Positions 1 through 9,824 of a stretch of 64,000 nucleotides of DNA are shown in pieces (position 1 is the first letter of the stretch; every line of letters starts with the position of its first letter). Made by a program: the position numbers and the translations under genes. Source of the DNA: Methanomassiliicoccales archaeon (GTDB lineage Archaea > Thermoplasmatota > Thermoplasmata > Methanomassiliicoccales > UBA472). The stretch lies in assembly GCA_040768245.1 (NCBI GenBank), contig JAXGNA010000004.1:42684-106683 (forward strand), in the 5' to 3' direction. Below the pieces are notes generated by a model. The model saw only the letters and a list, made by a program, of their open reading frames with translations, did no database searches and was not told where the DNA came from.

Positions 1-694
1 TGCTGTCGATCCCGGTGACCTTGACGTCCCAGCCGACGCTGCCCTCCCCGTAGATGTGGTAGAGCGCGTTGAGGGTGGGCACGTTCTTCACGGTGACCCG
101 GTCGGCCTGGGTGTCGTACTCATAAACGGTCGCTTCCCAGCCATAGAGGGGATCGTAGACCGTCAGTCCGTATACGGCGTCCGTCCCGTACTCGGCCTTG
201 AAAGCGCTGGCCGTCATGGTCCTCAGCAACGGGGCCGTCTCGGTCAGCTGGAAGGTGACCAGCTTGGCAGGGTCCATGTCCCCGTACGCTTCAGCAGGGG
301 TCAGGGTGACGGTCTTGGTCTCCCCGACCTTCATCCCTACCACCGCCGCGTCGAAACCGGAGATCATCTTTCCCGCCCCGACCTCGAAACTGAGCGGAGT
401 GTACGATGAATTGCTGCGCTTGGTGAACGACAAGGACTTGGGGTATGCGGCGTCATCATTGGCCACCGACACCAGGGACGTGTCGAACACCCTTCCATCC
501 GGCAGCTTTCCGATGTAGTTGACCTTGATGATCTGCCCGGCGGCGACCACATCGGTCGAGCTTTCCTCGGACTGGCCGCCCTGATAGATCAGAATAACGA
601 CCGTGCTGGCGCTCACCATCAGAACGGCGATCAGAACGATGAGCAGGACGTTCACGGCCCCCGTGACATCCCTGGATAGCCTGAATGACCTCAT
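1..694 (-). CDS. FKBP-type peptidyl-prolyl cis-trans isomerase (SlyD-like) with N-terminal hydrophobic anchor; 3' end runs off the window
   Basis: Not in the ORF track (no stop in window). Hand translation from ATG 694: MRSFRLSRDVTGAVNVLLIVLIAVLMVSASTVVILIYQGGQ...GQIIKVNYIGKLPDGRVFDTS, the FKBP N-terminal signature. Confidence 0.85.
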   Translation of the reverse strand, partial: MRSFRLSRDVTGAVNVLLIVLIAVLMVSASTVVILIYQGGQSEESSTDVVAAGQIIKVNYIGKLPDGRVFDTSLVSVANDDAAYPKSLSFTKRSNSSYTPLSFEVGAGKMISGFDAAVVGMKVGETKTVTLTPAEAYGDMDPAKLVTFQLTETAPLLRTMTASAFKAEYGTDAVYGLTVYDPLYGWEATVYEYDTQADRVTVKNVPTLNALYHIYGEGSVGWDVKVTGIDS

Positions 695-841
695 AAAGAT
701 GCGAATCAGGCAAACCTTTTCTTGAATTTAAACATTGCTTATGGGAGAGGACTGGCGAAGCGATGCTGGCCATGCGGAAGTCCCGGAATCGCTTATTTAT
801 ACACGTGGACCATTACCAACCACACCCTATCAGGCGATAAG

Positions 842-2677
842 ATGAGGACGCTCTACATACACGCCGATTTCATGGAGTTCGAGGTTAAGAAGCCCACCCC
901 GCTGGCCGAAGCCATCACCGACCAGGAGAGGACCGGTCGGATGGACGAGGTGCTGGTGGCCTTCCTCACCGTGGAGAAGAAGGACCAGGACAGGTTCGAG
1001 GCGGTGGCCTCCCAGGCCTCGGCGGACATCATGGAAACGGCCAAGAAGGTCGGCGCCGAGCGCATCATGCTGTACCCCTACGCTCATCTCAGCGCGGAGC
1101 TGTCCGACGCCGAGACGGGAAAGAAGGTGCTGAGGGAGATGGAACGCCTGGTGACCGAGGGCGGGTGGCAGGTGCACCGCGCCCCCTTCGGATGGTACAA
1201 GGCGTTCAAGATCAGCTGCAAGGGACACCCCCTTTCCGAACTGTCAAGGGAGATCGAGGGCGAGGAGACCGCCCCGACCCCCAAGGGCGAGGAGCGCTTC
1301 ATCGTGCTGCTCCCGGACGGCAGCGAGGTGGACCCTGTAGACTATAAGAAAGGCACCGAGTGCTTCCAGATCATGATGGCCAAGGAGGCCCTGAAAAAGG
1401 ACTGGCCATCCACCGGCGAGGTCAAGTACACCCGCCTTTGCAAGAAGTTCGGCATAAACTGGGAATCGATGAGCGACTCCGGCCACATGTGCTTCTCTCC
1501 GAAAGGGGCGTTGATGTTCGACCTGGTGGCCGACTACTCTTCACGCATAGTCAACGACATGACCCTACCGGTGTACACCGTCCGCGGCACGAACATGTTC
1601 AGCCTGGACGAGGGCCCGGTGGCCGAGCATGCCAAGCTGTTCGGTGACCGTCTGTACGTCATCAAGGGCGAGAAACGCGACTTCGTGATGCGGTATGCCG
1701 CCTGCCACCAGCAGTTCGCCATGATGCGCCTCTGGAACATCAGCTACAAGACCCTGCCCTTCGGGGCCTTCGAGGTGGCCGATTCCTACCGCCTGGAACA
1801 GTCCGGTGAGACCATGCTCTGCTTCCGCACCAGGCGCATGAACATGCCCGACCTGCACGTGGTCTGCAGAGACATCCCGGAATCGGAGGATTGGTTCACG
1901 CGATTGGACTCCAGGATATACAAGGAGGCCAACGACCTGGGGCGGGACTACGAGATGCTGGTGAACTTCTCCTCCTGGGAGGCCTACCAGAACCACAAGG
2001 AGATGCTGATGGACATCGTGCGCAAGCACGACAAGCCCGCCCTGCTGCACTTCTACCCCGAGGGTATCAACTACTACTGGACGGTCAATATCGAATATCA
2101 TATCCTGGACGATCTCAAGCGGGCCAGGGAGATCGGCACGGTGCAGATCGACGTGGGCAACGCCCAGCGCTTCGGGATCACCTACACCGACGAATCGGGG
2201 AAGAAGGTGTTCCCGGTGATATTGCACACCGCCGTGATCGGCACGGTGGAGCGTTACCTTTACATGCTCTTCGACACCGCGGTGCAGATGGAGACCCAGG
2301 GCAAGCTGGGAACGCTCCCGACGTGGGTATTGCCGGAGCAGGTGCGCTTCATGAACGTCTCCGAACCGCATCTGGAGAAGGCCAGAGAATTGGCCGACCG
2401 GGTCCGCAAGGCGCAGATACGGGTGGGACTGGACGACCGTTCCGAGACCGTGGGCAAGAAGGTAAGGGAGGCCAAGCAGGACTGGGTCGGCTACGCCATC
2501 GTCATCGGGGACAAGGAGATGACCTCCGACGTTCTGACGGTCTACGACCGCTCGCAGAACAAGAACGTGGAGATGACGGTGGAGCAGCTCATCGAGCGGG
2601 TCAGGGGCGAGATCGGCGATATGCCGTTCAGGCCCATGTACCTCCCCAGCGAGCTGAGCCGCCGGGTAGATATGTGA
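842..2677 (+). CDS. thrS: Threonyl-tRNA synthetase, archaeal type with N-terminal editing domain
   Basis: MRTLYIHADFMEF, APFGWYKAFKISCKGHPLSELSR, RYAACHQQF, anticodon-binding C-terminus; start ATG 842. Confidence 0.96.
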   Translation: MRTLYIHADFMEFEVKKPTPLAEAITDQERTGRMDEVLVAFLTVEKKDQDRFEAVASQASADIMETAKKVGAERIMLYPYAHLSAELSDAETGKKVLREMERLVTEGGWQVHRAPFGWYKAFKISCKGHPLSELSREIEGEETAPTPKGEERFIVLLPDGSEVDPVDYKKGTECFQIMMAKEALKKDWPSTGEVKYTRLCKKFGINWESMSDSGHMCFSPKGALMFDLVADYSSRIVNDMTLPVYTVRGTNMFSLDEGPVAEHAKLFGDRLYVIKGEKRDFVMRYAACHQQFAMMRLWNISYKTLPFGAFEVADSYRLEQSGETMLCFRTRRMNMPDLHVVCRDIPESEDWFTRLDSRIYKEANDLGRDYEMLVNFSSWEAYQNHKEMLMDIVRKHDKPALLHFYPEGINYYWTVNIEYHILDDLKRAREIGTVQIDVGNAQRFGITYTDESGKKVFPVILHTAVIGTVERYLYMLFDTAVQMETQGKLGTLPTWVLPEQVRFMNVSEPHLEKARELADRVRKAQIRVGLDDRSETVGKKVREAKQDWVGYAIVIGDKEMTSDVLTVYDRSQNKNVEMTVEQLIERVRGEIGDMPFRPMYLPSELSRRVDM

Positions 2678-2686
2678 GGTCGTAAG

Positions 2687-3760
2687 TTGCGGATCGTCGA
2701 GGTAAACGCTTTCCACTATCCTTTTATCGGCGGCATAGAGAACCGCCTGCACCACGTCTGCCGGAGGCTTGGAAAGGAGCACGAGGTGTTCGTGCTCACC
2801 AGCCGCCTGCCGGGAACGGAGGAGAGGGAGGAGATGGACAACTACACCGTCATCCGTCTTCCCTCGAGATACCTGAACATCTACAATCCGCCTTACGTCC
2901 GAATTGCCAAGGTGCGCGAGGCTTTGAACGATATTGCACCGGACATCGTGGACCTTCATTATCGCTGGGCCGGCTCGCTGATCAAAGGCGTCCTCGGTTA
3001 CGATGGGCCGAAGGTCTACACCTGCCACAACACCCTGGGGGAAGGCGTCGGCCTGACCCATTACGCCAGCGAGCTGAACGATCGCATGTTCCTGCGTCAC
3101 CTGCACCAATTCGATAAGGTGATCTGCGTCTCTGACTATATGAAGAGGGACGTGGCCGCCCGCGGTTTCTCCGAGGACCGGCTGCAGACCATCTACAATG
3201 GCGTGGACATCCCAGAAGTACCCTGCCAGGACGGCGATTACATTCTGTCCCTGGGACGGCTGGTCCGGCTGAAGGGACTGGACACTTTGATAAGGGCGAT
3301 GCGACACACCAAATGCCAGCTGCGCATCTGCGGCGAGGGCCCGGAACGCAGGAACCTGGAAAAGTTGTCGCAGCATCTGGGCCTGACCGACCGCATCGAC
3401 TTCATGGGCTGGATCAGCGAGGAGGAGAAGCGCCGTATGCTCTGCGAGTGCCGCATGTTCGTCATCCCCTCGGTGCACGAGGCCTACGGGATGGTCGCCG
3501 CGGAGGCCATGTCCTACGGTAAACCGGTCATAGCCTCGAACACCGGCGGTCTCCCGGAGGTGGTGGGCGAGGCCGGGATCCTGGTCCCGCCGCAGGACGA
3601 TGGGGCCCTGGCGGAAGCGATCAACGCCCTGGACGGAGACGCGGACAAACGTCAAGCATTGGGCGGCGCGGCCAGGGAGAGGATGAGAGGATTCAGCTGG
3701 GACGAGGTGGCCAGGCGCACCCTGCTCGTTTATCAGGACATCGTTGAAGGTCAGAGCTGA
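2687..3760 (+). CDS. Glycosyltransferase family 4 (GT-B)
   Basis: YPFIGGIE, IYNGVD, GRLVRLKG, EAYGMVAAEAMSYGKPVIAS motifs. Confidence 0.92.
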   Translation: MRIVEVNAFHYPFIGGIENRLHHVCRRLGKEHEVFVLTSRLPGTEEREEMDNYTVIRLPSRYLNIYNPPYVRIAKVREALNDIAPDIVDLHYRWAGSLIKGVLGYDGPKVYTCHNTLGEGVGLTHYASELNDRMFLRHLHQFDKVICVSDYMKRDVAARGFSEDRLQTIYNGVDIPEVPCQDGDYILSLGRLVRLKGLDTLIRAMRHTKCQLRICGEGPERRNLEKLSQHLGLTDRIDFMGWISEEEKRRMLCECRMFVIPSVHEAYGMVAAEAMSYGKPVIASNTGGLPEVVGEAGILVPPQDDGALAEAINALDGDADKRQALGGAARERMRGFSWDEVARRTLLVYQDIVEGQS

Positions 3761-4497
3761 ACGAGCGTCATACTGGTCATTTCGTCCGTGTACATCCGCC
3801 CCTGCCCGAAGCTCACTTCGAGAACGTGACCGCCGTAGGACAGATCATCGCTCAGGAAATGCAGGTGGAATCCCGCCAGGTTGATCTCCCCCAGCCCGCT
3901 GGACATTATGAACCCCACCAGCGTTCCCTGGACGTTATGGAGGACCAGGGTGCTCTGCTCGGCTATCACATCGACCAGGGGTGGATAGGGGACCTGCTGC
4001 CCTGGGACGCTTCGAATGGTGATGGAATCGAACTCCGCCTCCAGCATGACCGCCACGGCCACGCGGGGACGCGGCCGGTCCGCCATTCCGCCGTACAGGT
4101 CCTTCAGCTCGTCGTAATCGTCAATGTCCGCCATGACGGAGATGGCATCGGTGGAGAACCTGGTGACCATGGCGAAGGGGATCATGGTGCCCGAGGGGAC
4201 CTCCTTCGGGACCAGGTCCGTCCCGGCCCGGTAGGCCGTCCCGTCCAGGATGATCATCTCCCCGTCTATGCCTTCCACGGTCCCGATGCCGAAGTCCCCG
4301 TGCTCCAGCAGGCGGTCCACTGTCATCACTCCCTCGTAGTGCCCTTGGCTTAGGCGCCCGTATGTTGACACCTGGTAATATGGATCTATAGCTGAACCGT
4401 CATCACCACCAGGCGCCATCCAGTATCCCACCAGTCCGCTGGATAGCATCAGGATCGCCACGCCCATGGCGAACGCCCAACCCCCCGCCTTGGCCAT
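3751..4497 (-). CDS. budA: Alpha-acetolactate decarboxylase with N-terminal hydrophobic segment
   Basis: YQVST, HGDFGIGT..GIDGEMIILDG, GFHLHF...GGHVL Zn-binding motif. Confidence 0.88.
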   Translation of the reverse strand: MAKAGGWAFAMGVAILMLSSGLVGYWMAPGGDDGSAIDPYYQVSTYGRLSQGHYEGVMTVDRLLEHGDFGIGTVEGIDGEMIILDGTAYRAGTDLVPKEVPSGTMIPFAMVTRFSTDAISVMADIDDYDELKDLYGGMADRPRPRVAVAVMLEAEFDSITIRSVPGQQVPYPPLVDVIAEQSTLVLHNVQGTLVGFIMSSGLGEINLAGFHLHFLSDDLSYGGHVLEVSFGQGRMYTDEMTSMTLVQL

Positions 4498-4557
4498 GGG
4501 TAAGCAATATTTTTCAAAATATATAAAATAAGGGAAGTGGTTTGAACGGACCGATCA

Positions 4558-5673
4558 TCATTTCAGGGCGTGCATGGCCGCGACCACCGCGTCGCCCATC
4601 TGCCTGGTGGTGGCCTTGCCCCCCAGGTCCTGGGTGTAGACGCCCTTGTCGAAGGCGCCCCTGACGCCCTTGAAGATGACCTCCCCCAGGTCCCGGCGGC
4701 CCAGGTTGTCCATCATCATCTTGGCCGCGAGTATCGTGGCCACTGGGTTGATTCGGTCCATGCCCTTGTACTTGGGAGCGGAGCCGTGAACAGGTTCGAA
4801 CATGGATATGCCCTTGGGGTTGATGTTGCCCCCCGGCGCCAAGCCAAGCCCGCCGGTCACCTCGGCCAGAAGGTCGGTGATTATGTCCCCGAACATGTTG
4901 GGCACGGCGATCACCCGGAACTTGTCCGGATTCTTGACCAGGGCCATGGTCATGGCGTCGACGTACATGTAGCCGTGCTCCTTGCCCGCCCGCTTGCACT
5001 TCTCGTCCCAGACCTCCCTCCACAGGGAGTAGATGTTGCTGCACACATTGGCCTTGTCCACCACGGTGATGTAGTTCTCCCCGATGAGGTTGGAGAAATC
5101 GATGACATGGTCGGCGAACCGCTCGATGTTCTTGCGGGACATCATGCCTATCTCGAAGGCGAAGTCGTCAGCCGCATCGGCGTTCGCGTCCAGCCGGACC
5201 TTCATATCGTACAGCTGACGCTTCACCCGGAGGTCCAAGGTGCCTTTTCCGTTGGAGACCCGACCTCCAGCGCCGATGTAGTAGTCCTCGGTGTTCTCCC
5301 GGAACACGTCTATGTTGAAGTCGACGTCCCTCTTCAACCGCCCGAATGGCTTCCAGAGCGGGGCCGGCCGGTGGTTGATGTATTGATCAAAGTTGAACCG
5401 GAGCGCCAGGAGTATCCCCTTCTCCAGCACTCCCGGCTTCACCCGGTCGTCGCCTATCGCGCCTAGGAATATGCTGTCGAACCTGCGCAGCTGGTCGATG
5501 TCCTCCTCCGTCACCAGCTTCCCGGTGCTCAGATACCTCTCGGAATTGATGTTGAACTCCTGGAGGTCGAACTTCACCGAGTAGTTCTCGGAAAGGGCGT
5601 TCAGAACCTTCAGGCCCTCGGCCACGACCTCCGGGCCGATGCCGTCCCCTGGCAGTACCGCTATCTTGTGCAT
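4558..5673 (-). CDS. leuB: 3-isopropylmalate dehydrogenase
   Basis: [35 protein letters not shown]; last gene of leu operon; start at ATG 5673. Confidence 0.9.
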   Translation of the reverse strand: MHKIAVLPGDGIGPEVVAEGLKVLNALSENYSVKFDLQEFNINSERYLSTGKLVTEEDIDQLRRFDSIFLGAIGDDRVKPGVLEKGILLALRFNFDQYINHRPAPLWKPFGRLKRDVDFNIDVFRENTEDYYIGAGGRVSNGKGTLDLRVKRQLYDMKVRLDANADAADDFAFEIGMMSRKNIERFADHVIDFSNLIGENYITVVDKANVCSNIYSLWREVWDEKCKRAGKEHGYMYVDAMTMALVKNPDKFRVIAVPNMFGDIITDLLAEVTGGLGLAPGGNINPKGISMFEPVHGSAPKYKGMDRINPVATILAAKMMMDNLGRRDLGEVIFKGVRGAFDKGVYTQDLGGKATTRQMGDAVVAAMHALK

Positions 5674-6155
5674 CTCTTCTCCTCCTTGATCTTGGCCATG
5701 AGGCCGCCCTTGTCCATGAGCTCCTGGACGAACTTCGGGAAGGGGGCGAACTTCCACTCCTTCCCCTTGCTGTGGTTGATAATGATCCCCTTGGCGAGGT
5801 CCACCGATAGCACATCGCCGTCGTCCGCCTCGACCGTGCATTCCACTGGCAGCAGACCGGTGTTTATGCAGTTGCGGTAGAATATCCTGGCATAGCTTTC
5901 GGCCACCACACAGGAAATGCCCATCTGCAGCAGCGCCCGCGGAGCGTGCTCCCGGCTCGACCCGCAGCCGAAGTTGCGACCGGCGACTATGATATCGCCC
6001 TTCTCGACCTGCTTGGCCATCTCTGGCCGGACCTTCTCGAAGGCGAACGTGCCCAGCTTGTCGTTGTTATCGCTGGTCAGCCGTTCGGCCGGAATTATCT
6101 GGTCGGTGTCCACATGATCGCCGAAGCGCCAAACCTTGCCCTTCACGTTCCTCAT
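5661..6155 (-). CDS. leuD: 3-isopropylmalate dehydratase small subunit
   Basis: GDHVDTDQIIP, GRNFGCGSSREHA. Confidence 0.93.
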   Translation of the reverse strand: MRNVKGKVWRFGDHVDTDQIIPAERLTSDNNDKLGTFAFEKVRPEMAKQVEKGDIIVAGRNFGCGSSREHAPRALLQMGISCVVAESYARIFYRNCINTGLLPVECTVEADDGDVLSVDLAKGIIINHSKGKEWKFAPFPKFVQELMDKGGLMAKIKEEKRCTR

Positions 6156-7420
6156 TGGACCGCCTCCAGGTCCCGGGGGTCGGTTATGCGTCCGGTTACC
6201 GCGGAAGCGGCCACCACGGCCGGCCCGGCCAGGTATACCTCGGAATCCCGGTGCCCCATACGGCCGATGAAATTACGGTTGGTGCTGCTGACGCACCTCT
6301 CGCCGGGGGCTAGTATCCCCATGTGCCCGCCCAGGCATGCTCCGCAGGTAGGCCCGGAGACGAACGCCCCGGCCCTGGAGAACTCGGCCAGCAGCCCTTC
6401 GGCCATGGCCTGCTCGAACACTTTGACCGAGGCGGGAACAACCACCATTCGCACGTCCTGGTGCACCTTCCGCCCGCGCATGATCTCTGCCGCCAATCGT
6501 AGGTCCTCGATGCGACCGTTGGTGCACGAACCAAGATAGGCCTGATCGATCTGGACCTTGACGTCCCTGGCCACCTTCCCGTTGGACGGCAGATGTGGCA
6601 TGGCCACCATGCTCTCCAAGGAGGATAGGTCGTATTCCAGGGTACGTTCGTAGGACGCGCCGTCGTCCGGCAGGGTCGCCTTGAACCCTTCCTTCCGAAC
6701 GGTCTTCATGTAGGCCACCGTGGCCGCGTCACACGGGAATATGCCGGCCTTCCCGCCGGCCTCGATGGCCATGTTGGATACGGAAAGCCTATCGGAGATG
6801 GTCAATGACGAAACGCCGGTGCCTCCGAACTCCAGGGCCTTGTACGTAGCGCCGTCCACGCCGATGTCGCTGATCAGCTTGAGCACCAGGTCCTTACCGC
6901 CCACGTACTTGGACGGCCGTCCCTTCAGCAGTATCCGGATCGACCCGGGTACCTTGAACCAAAGCTGGCCGGTGGCGAAGACCGCCGCCGCCTCCGAACT
7001 GCCGACACCGGTGGCGAAGGCGTTGACCCCGCCGTAGGTGCAGGTGTGGGAGTCCGCCCCGACCACGAGGGCCCCAGGATAAGCGAAGCCGTTATCCAGC
7101 ATGACCTGGTGGCATACACCTCCTCGACCTACTTCGAAGTAGTTCTTGATGCCCCAGCGCTTGGCGAAATCGCGCATCTCCTTGGCCTGCTTGGCCGAAG
7201 CGACGTCCTTGTTGGGCACGAAGTGGTCCGGAACCAGCACGATCTTCTCGCGCACCGGCTCGCACTCCAGGGCCTCGAACTCCTGGAAGGCCAGCGGCCC
7301 GGTCACATCGTTCACCATGACGTGGTCCACGTCCGCCTCGACGATGTCCCCCGCCCTGGCGTCCGTTCTGGACTTCAGGGACAGTATCTTCTCCGATATG
7401 GTCTTGGGATCCGTTCTCAT
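6152..7420 (-). CDS. leuC: 3-isopropylmalate dehydratase large subunit
   Basis: GADSHTCT, GSCTNGR, CGACLG, STNRNFIGRMG. Confidence 0.94.
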   Translation of the reverse strand: MRTDPKTISEKILSLKSRTDARAGDIVEADVDHVMVNDVTGPLAFQEFEALECEPVREKIVLVPDHFVPNKDVASAKQAKEMRDFAKRWGIKNYFEVGRGGVCHQVMLDNGFAYPGALVVGADSHTCTYGGVNAFATGVGSSEAAAVFATGQLWFKVPGSIRILLKGRPSKYVGGKDLVLKLISDIGVDGATYKALEFGGTGVSSLTISDRLSVSNMAIEAGGKAGIFPCDAATVAYMKTVRKEGFKATLPDDGASYERTLEYDLSSLESMVAMPHLPSNGKVARDVKVQIDQAYLGSCTNGRIEDLRLAAEIMRGRKVHQDVRMVVVPASVKVFEQAMAEGLLAEFSRAGAFVSGPTCGACLGGHMGILAPGERCVSSTNRNFIGRMGHRDSEVYLAGPAVVAASAVTGRITDPRDLEAVQ

Positions 7421-7429
7421 CTCTTCACC

Positions 7430-9034
7430 TTAGGATCTGTGCCTGGCCAGCAGGCGGTCTATCGCGGCCATCGCGGCGTCCACGCTGGTGAGCACGATGT
7501 CCGAGCCGATGCTCTTGCCCACCGACATAACCTTCTGGTCACCGTTCATCCTGAGCTTCACGGTGACCTCGCAGAGGGCGTCGCTGCCCCCGGTTATGGC
7601 GTTCAGGCGGTATTCTACCAGCGATATGTTCTCGCTCACCGCGGTACGTATCGCGTTGAGCGCCGCGTCCACCGGTCCGATGCCTACGTCCGAGGAACGG
7701 ACCATCTTTCCGTCCACCTCTATGACCACGGTCGACGTGGGAGTTATGTTCATGCCGGTGAACACCGTGAACTCCTTTAGCTTTACATGCTGATGCCCTT
7801 GGTCCGCCTGGCCCTGGATGTGCAGGGCGAGCGCCACCAGTTCGGCGTCGTCCACCTCCTTGCCGCTCTCGGCCAGGGTCTTGATCTTCTCGACGACGGT
7901 GGCCAGCATATCCTCGGGAAGGCAGACGCCATACTCGCCCAGCTTCTCCTTGACCGAGTGGGCCCCGGTGTGCTTGCCCATCACGATGTTGCGCTGCATG
8001 CCCACCAGCTCCGGGGAGAAGGCCTCATAGGTGGAAGGGTCCTTGAGCACCCCGTGCACGTGAATGCCCGATTCATGCGCAAAGGCGTTGTTGCCGACGA
8101 TGGCCTTGGTGTCCGGGACGGGTACGCCGGTCATGCGGGCCACCGCCCGGGAGGTCATCCCGAGCTTCCGGGTGTCCACGTTGGTGCGCACGTTCAGGAA
8201 GGCCAGCAGGCTCATCACCACTTCCTCGAGAGCGGCGTTCCCTGCCCGCTCCCCGAGACCGTTCACGCAGACGTGCACCTGGCGAGCGCCCTTGCGGACC
8301 GCCGCCATGGAGTTGGCCACCGCCAGGCCGAAATCGTCGTGGCAATGGATGGATAGCGGCACCTTGGTCACCTTCATCACCTCCGAGACCAGGTATTCCA
8401 TGGCCGCCGGGGACATGGTGCCTACGGTGTCCGGCAGGTTGATCTTGTGAACTCCGGCCTCCTGGACCGCCACATGCATCTCCTTCAGGAAGTCCAGTTC
8501 GGTCCGGGTGCCGTCCTCGCAGGAGAACTCCACGGTGACCCCCCGGGACCGAGCGTACTCGACGGCGTCCACCGCCCGGGCCTTGACCTGCTCCCTGGTC
8601 ATCTTCAGCTTGTTCTTCATGTGCCCTTCGGAGGTGGCGATGAAGGTGTGCACGTAATCCACGCCATTGTCGACCGCGGAATCGATGTCCTCCCGGGAGC
8701 AGCGGGCCAGGCCGCAGACCTTGGCCCTCAGTCCCAGGGAGCTGATCTTGCGGATGGCCTCCTGCTCGCCTTTGGAGGTGCGGGGGAAGCCGGCCTCGAT
8801 GACGTCCACGCCGAGCTCGTCCAGCAGCTGCGCTATCCGCACCTTGTCGTCCATGGACAGGGCGACGCCGGGGGTCTGCTCGCCATCACGAAGGGTGGTG
8901 TCCAGTATCTCCACCTTTTCTGGCGTGCAGGGGTCCAAGGCCAAGCGGTTGAAGTGACTGGTGAATATACTTTCCGCCTCTTGCCCGTCACGGGCGCTAT
9001 GGTCCTGACTGCACGACGATCGAAGTTCGGTCAT
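7430..9034 (-). CDS. leuA: 2-isopropylmalate synthase (LeuA/CimA family) with C-terminal regulatory domain
   Basis: DTTLRDGEQ, HTFIATS, HCHDDFGLA, GLGERAGNA, HESGIH, GPVDA; start uncertain (ATG 9034 chosen). Confidence 0.88.
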   Translation of the reverse strand: MTELRSSCSQDHSARDGQEAESIFTSHFNRLALDPCTPEKVEILDTTLRDGEQTPGVALSMDDKVRIAQLLDELGVDVIEAGFPRTSKGEQEAIRKISSLGLRAKVCGLARCSREDIDSAVDNGVDYVHTFIATSEGHMKNKLKMTREQVKARAVDAVEYARSRGVTVEFSCEDGTRTELDFLKEMHVAVQEAGVHKINLPDTVGTMSPAAMEYLVSEVMKVTKVPLSIHCHDDFGLAVANSMAAVRKGARQVHVCVNGLGERAGNAALEEVVMSLLAFLNVRTNVDTRKLGMTSRAVARMTGVPVPDTKAIVGNNAFAHESGIHVHGVLKDPSTYEAFSPELVGMQRNIVMGKHTGAHSVKEKLGEYGVCLPEDMLATVVEKIKTLAESGKEVDDAELVALALHIQGQADQGHQHVKLKEFTVFTGMNITPTSTVVIEVDGKMVRSSDVGIGPVDAALNAIRTAVSENISLVEYRLNAITGGSDALCEVTVKLRMNGDQKVMSVGKSIGSDIVLTSVDAAMAAIDRLLARHRS

Positions 9035-9076
9035 GATAACCAACTCTCACATCCAAGGTCGCAGCGATGAGCCGAT

Positions 9077-9127
9077 TTAAGCACGCAAAAGACCGTGTTC
9101 CGCCACGATAATGATGCTCATCGTCAT
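9077..9127 (-). CDS. Putative leader peptide MTMSIIIVAEHGLLRA of the leu operon
   Basis: GAGGT SD, then ATG ACG ATG AGC ATC ATT ATC GTG GCG GAA CAC GGT CTT TTG CGT GCT TAA, between the TATA box and leuA. Confidence 0.65.
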   Translation of the reverse strand: MTMSIIIVAEHGLLRA

Positions 9128-9161
9128 ACCTCGTATGTAGTTGAGGGAAACTAGAAGCATA

Positions 9162-9169
9162 TTATATAA
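9162..9169 (-). promoter_or_regulatory. TATA box of leader/leu operon
   Basis: TTATATAA about 35 nt upstream of the leader ATG. Confidence 0.65.
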
Positions 9170-9192
9170 TCATTGCTAAGGTCTGACACGGT

Positions 9193-9822
9193 TCAGACGC
9201 CGCGCCGCTCTCCCCAGATCAGCTTATGCAGCTGCGGCAGCACCCGCACCTCCAGATGGTGACCGAGGACGAACTCCACCACCGGGGCCAGCGTGAGACC
9301 GCCCACCGGGGTGAAGATCACCGGGCAGTCCGGTCGATATTTCCGCAGCACCTCCTCCGCCCTCTCCAGGTCCTCCTTGTCGGCCACCACGAACTTCAGC
9401 TGGTCCTTCGGCCTCAGACGCCCCAGGTTCTCCGCGAGCATTCTGTCCTCCATCCCGGAGGAGGGACATTTGTAATCCATGCTGACCATCAGCTCCGGAT
9501 GCTCTGGCAGACCAGCTATGGAAAGCGAGCCGTTCGTCTCCAGGGAGACGTGCTTCCCTTCCTCCAGCAGTCTGGAGATGAGGTTCGGGGTCCCGGCGTG
9601 CCAAAGAGGCTCGCCGCCGGTCAAGCACACATGCCTGGTACGGTAACCGTTCACCCCGGCCATCACCTCGTCCACGGACAGTTCCGACCCGCCCTCCTCC
9701 GCGTAACGCGTATCGCACCACCGGCAATCGAGGTTGCAGCCGCTGAGACGGACGAACACCGTCGGCAGGCCCATGGTCCTCCCCTCCCCCTGGATGGAGA
9801 GGAACATCTCATTGACCAGCAT
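9193..9822 (-). CDS. queE: 7-carboxy-7-deazaguanine synthase (radical SAM)
   Basis: MLVNEMFLSIQGEG, GCNLDCRWCDT, LTGGEP, LPQLHK; clustered with queC/queD. Confidence 0.93.
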   Translation of the reverse strand: MLVNEMFLSIQGEGRTMGLPTVFVRLSGCNLDCRWCDTRYAEEGGSELSVDEVMAGVNGYRTRHVCLTGGEPLWHAGTPNLISRLLEEGKHVSLETNGSLSIAGLPEHPELMVSMDYKCPSSGMEDRMLAENLGRLRPKDQLKFVVADKEDLERAEEVLRKYRPDCPVIFTPVGGLTLAPVVEFVLGHHLEVRVLPQLHKLIWGERRGV

Positions 9823-9824
9823 CC

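Noticed and set aside
722..841. Thr-rich in-frame extension upstream of thrS (YTWTITNHT) as a possible Thr-sensing leader
   Set aside because: It overlaps the likely TATA box (TTTATA near 797-802), so most of it would not be transcribed, and it has no start codon or SD
1565..3655. Long antisense/overlapping ORFs (e.g. 696 aa here; also 42888-44471, 62332-63879, 38290-39726)
   Set aside because: Shadow ORFs of GC-rich codon usage opposite well-conserved genes; no motifs
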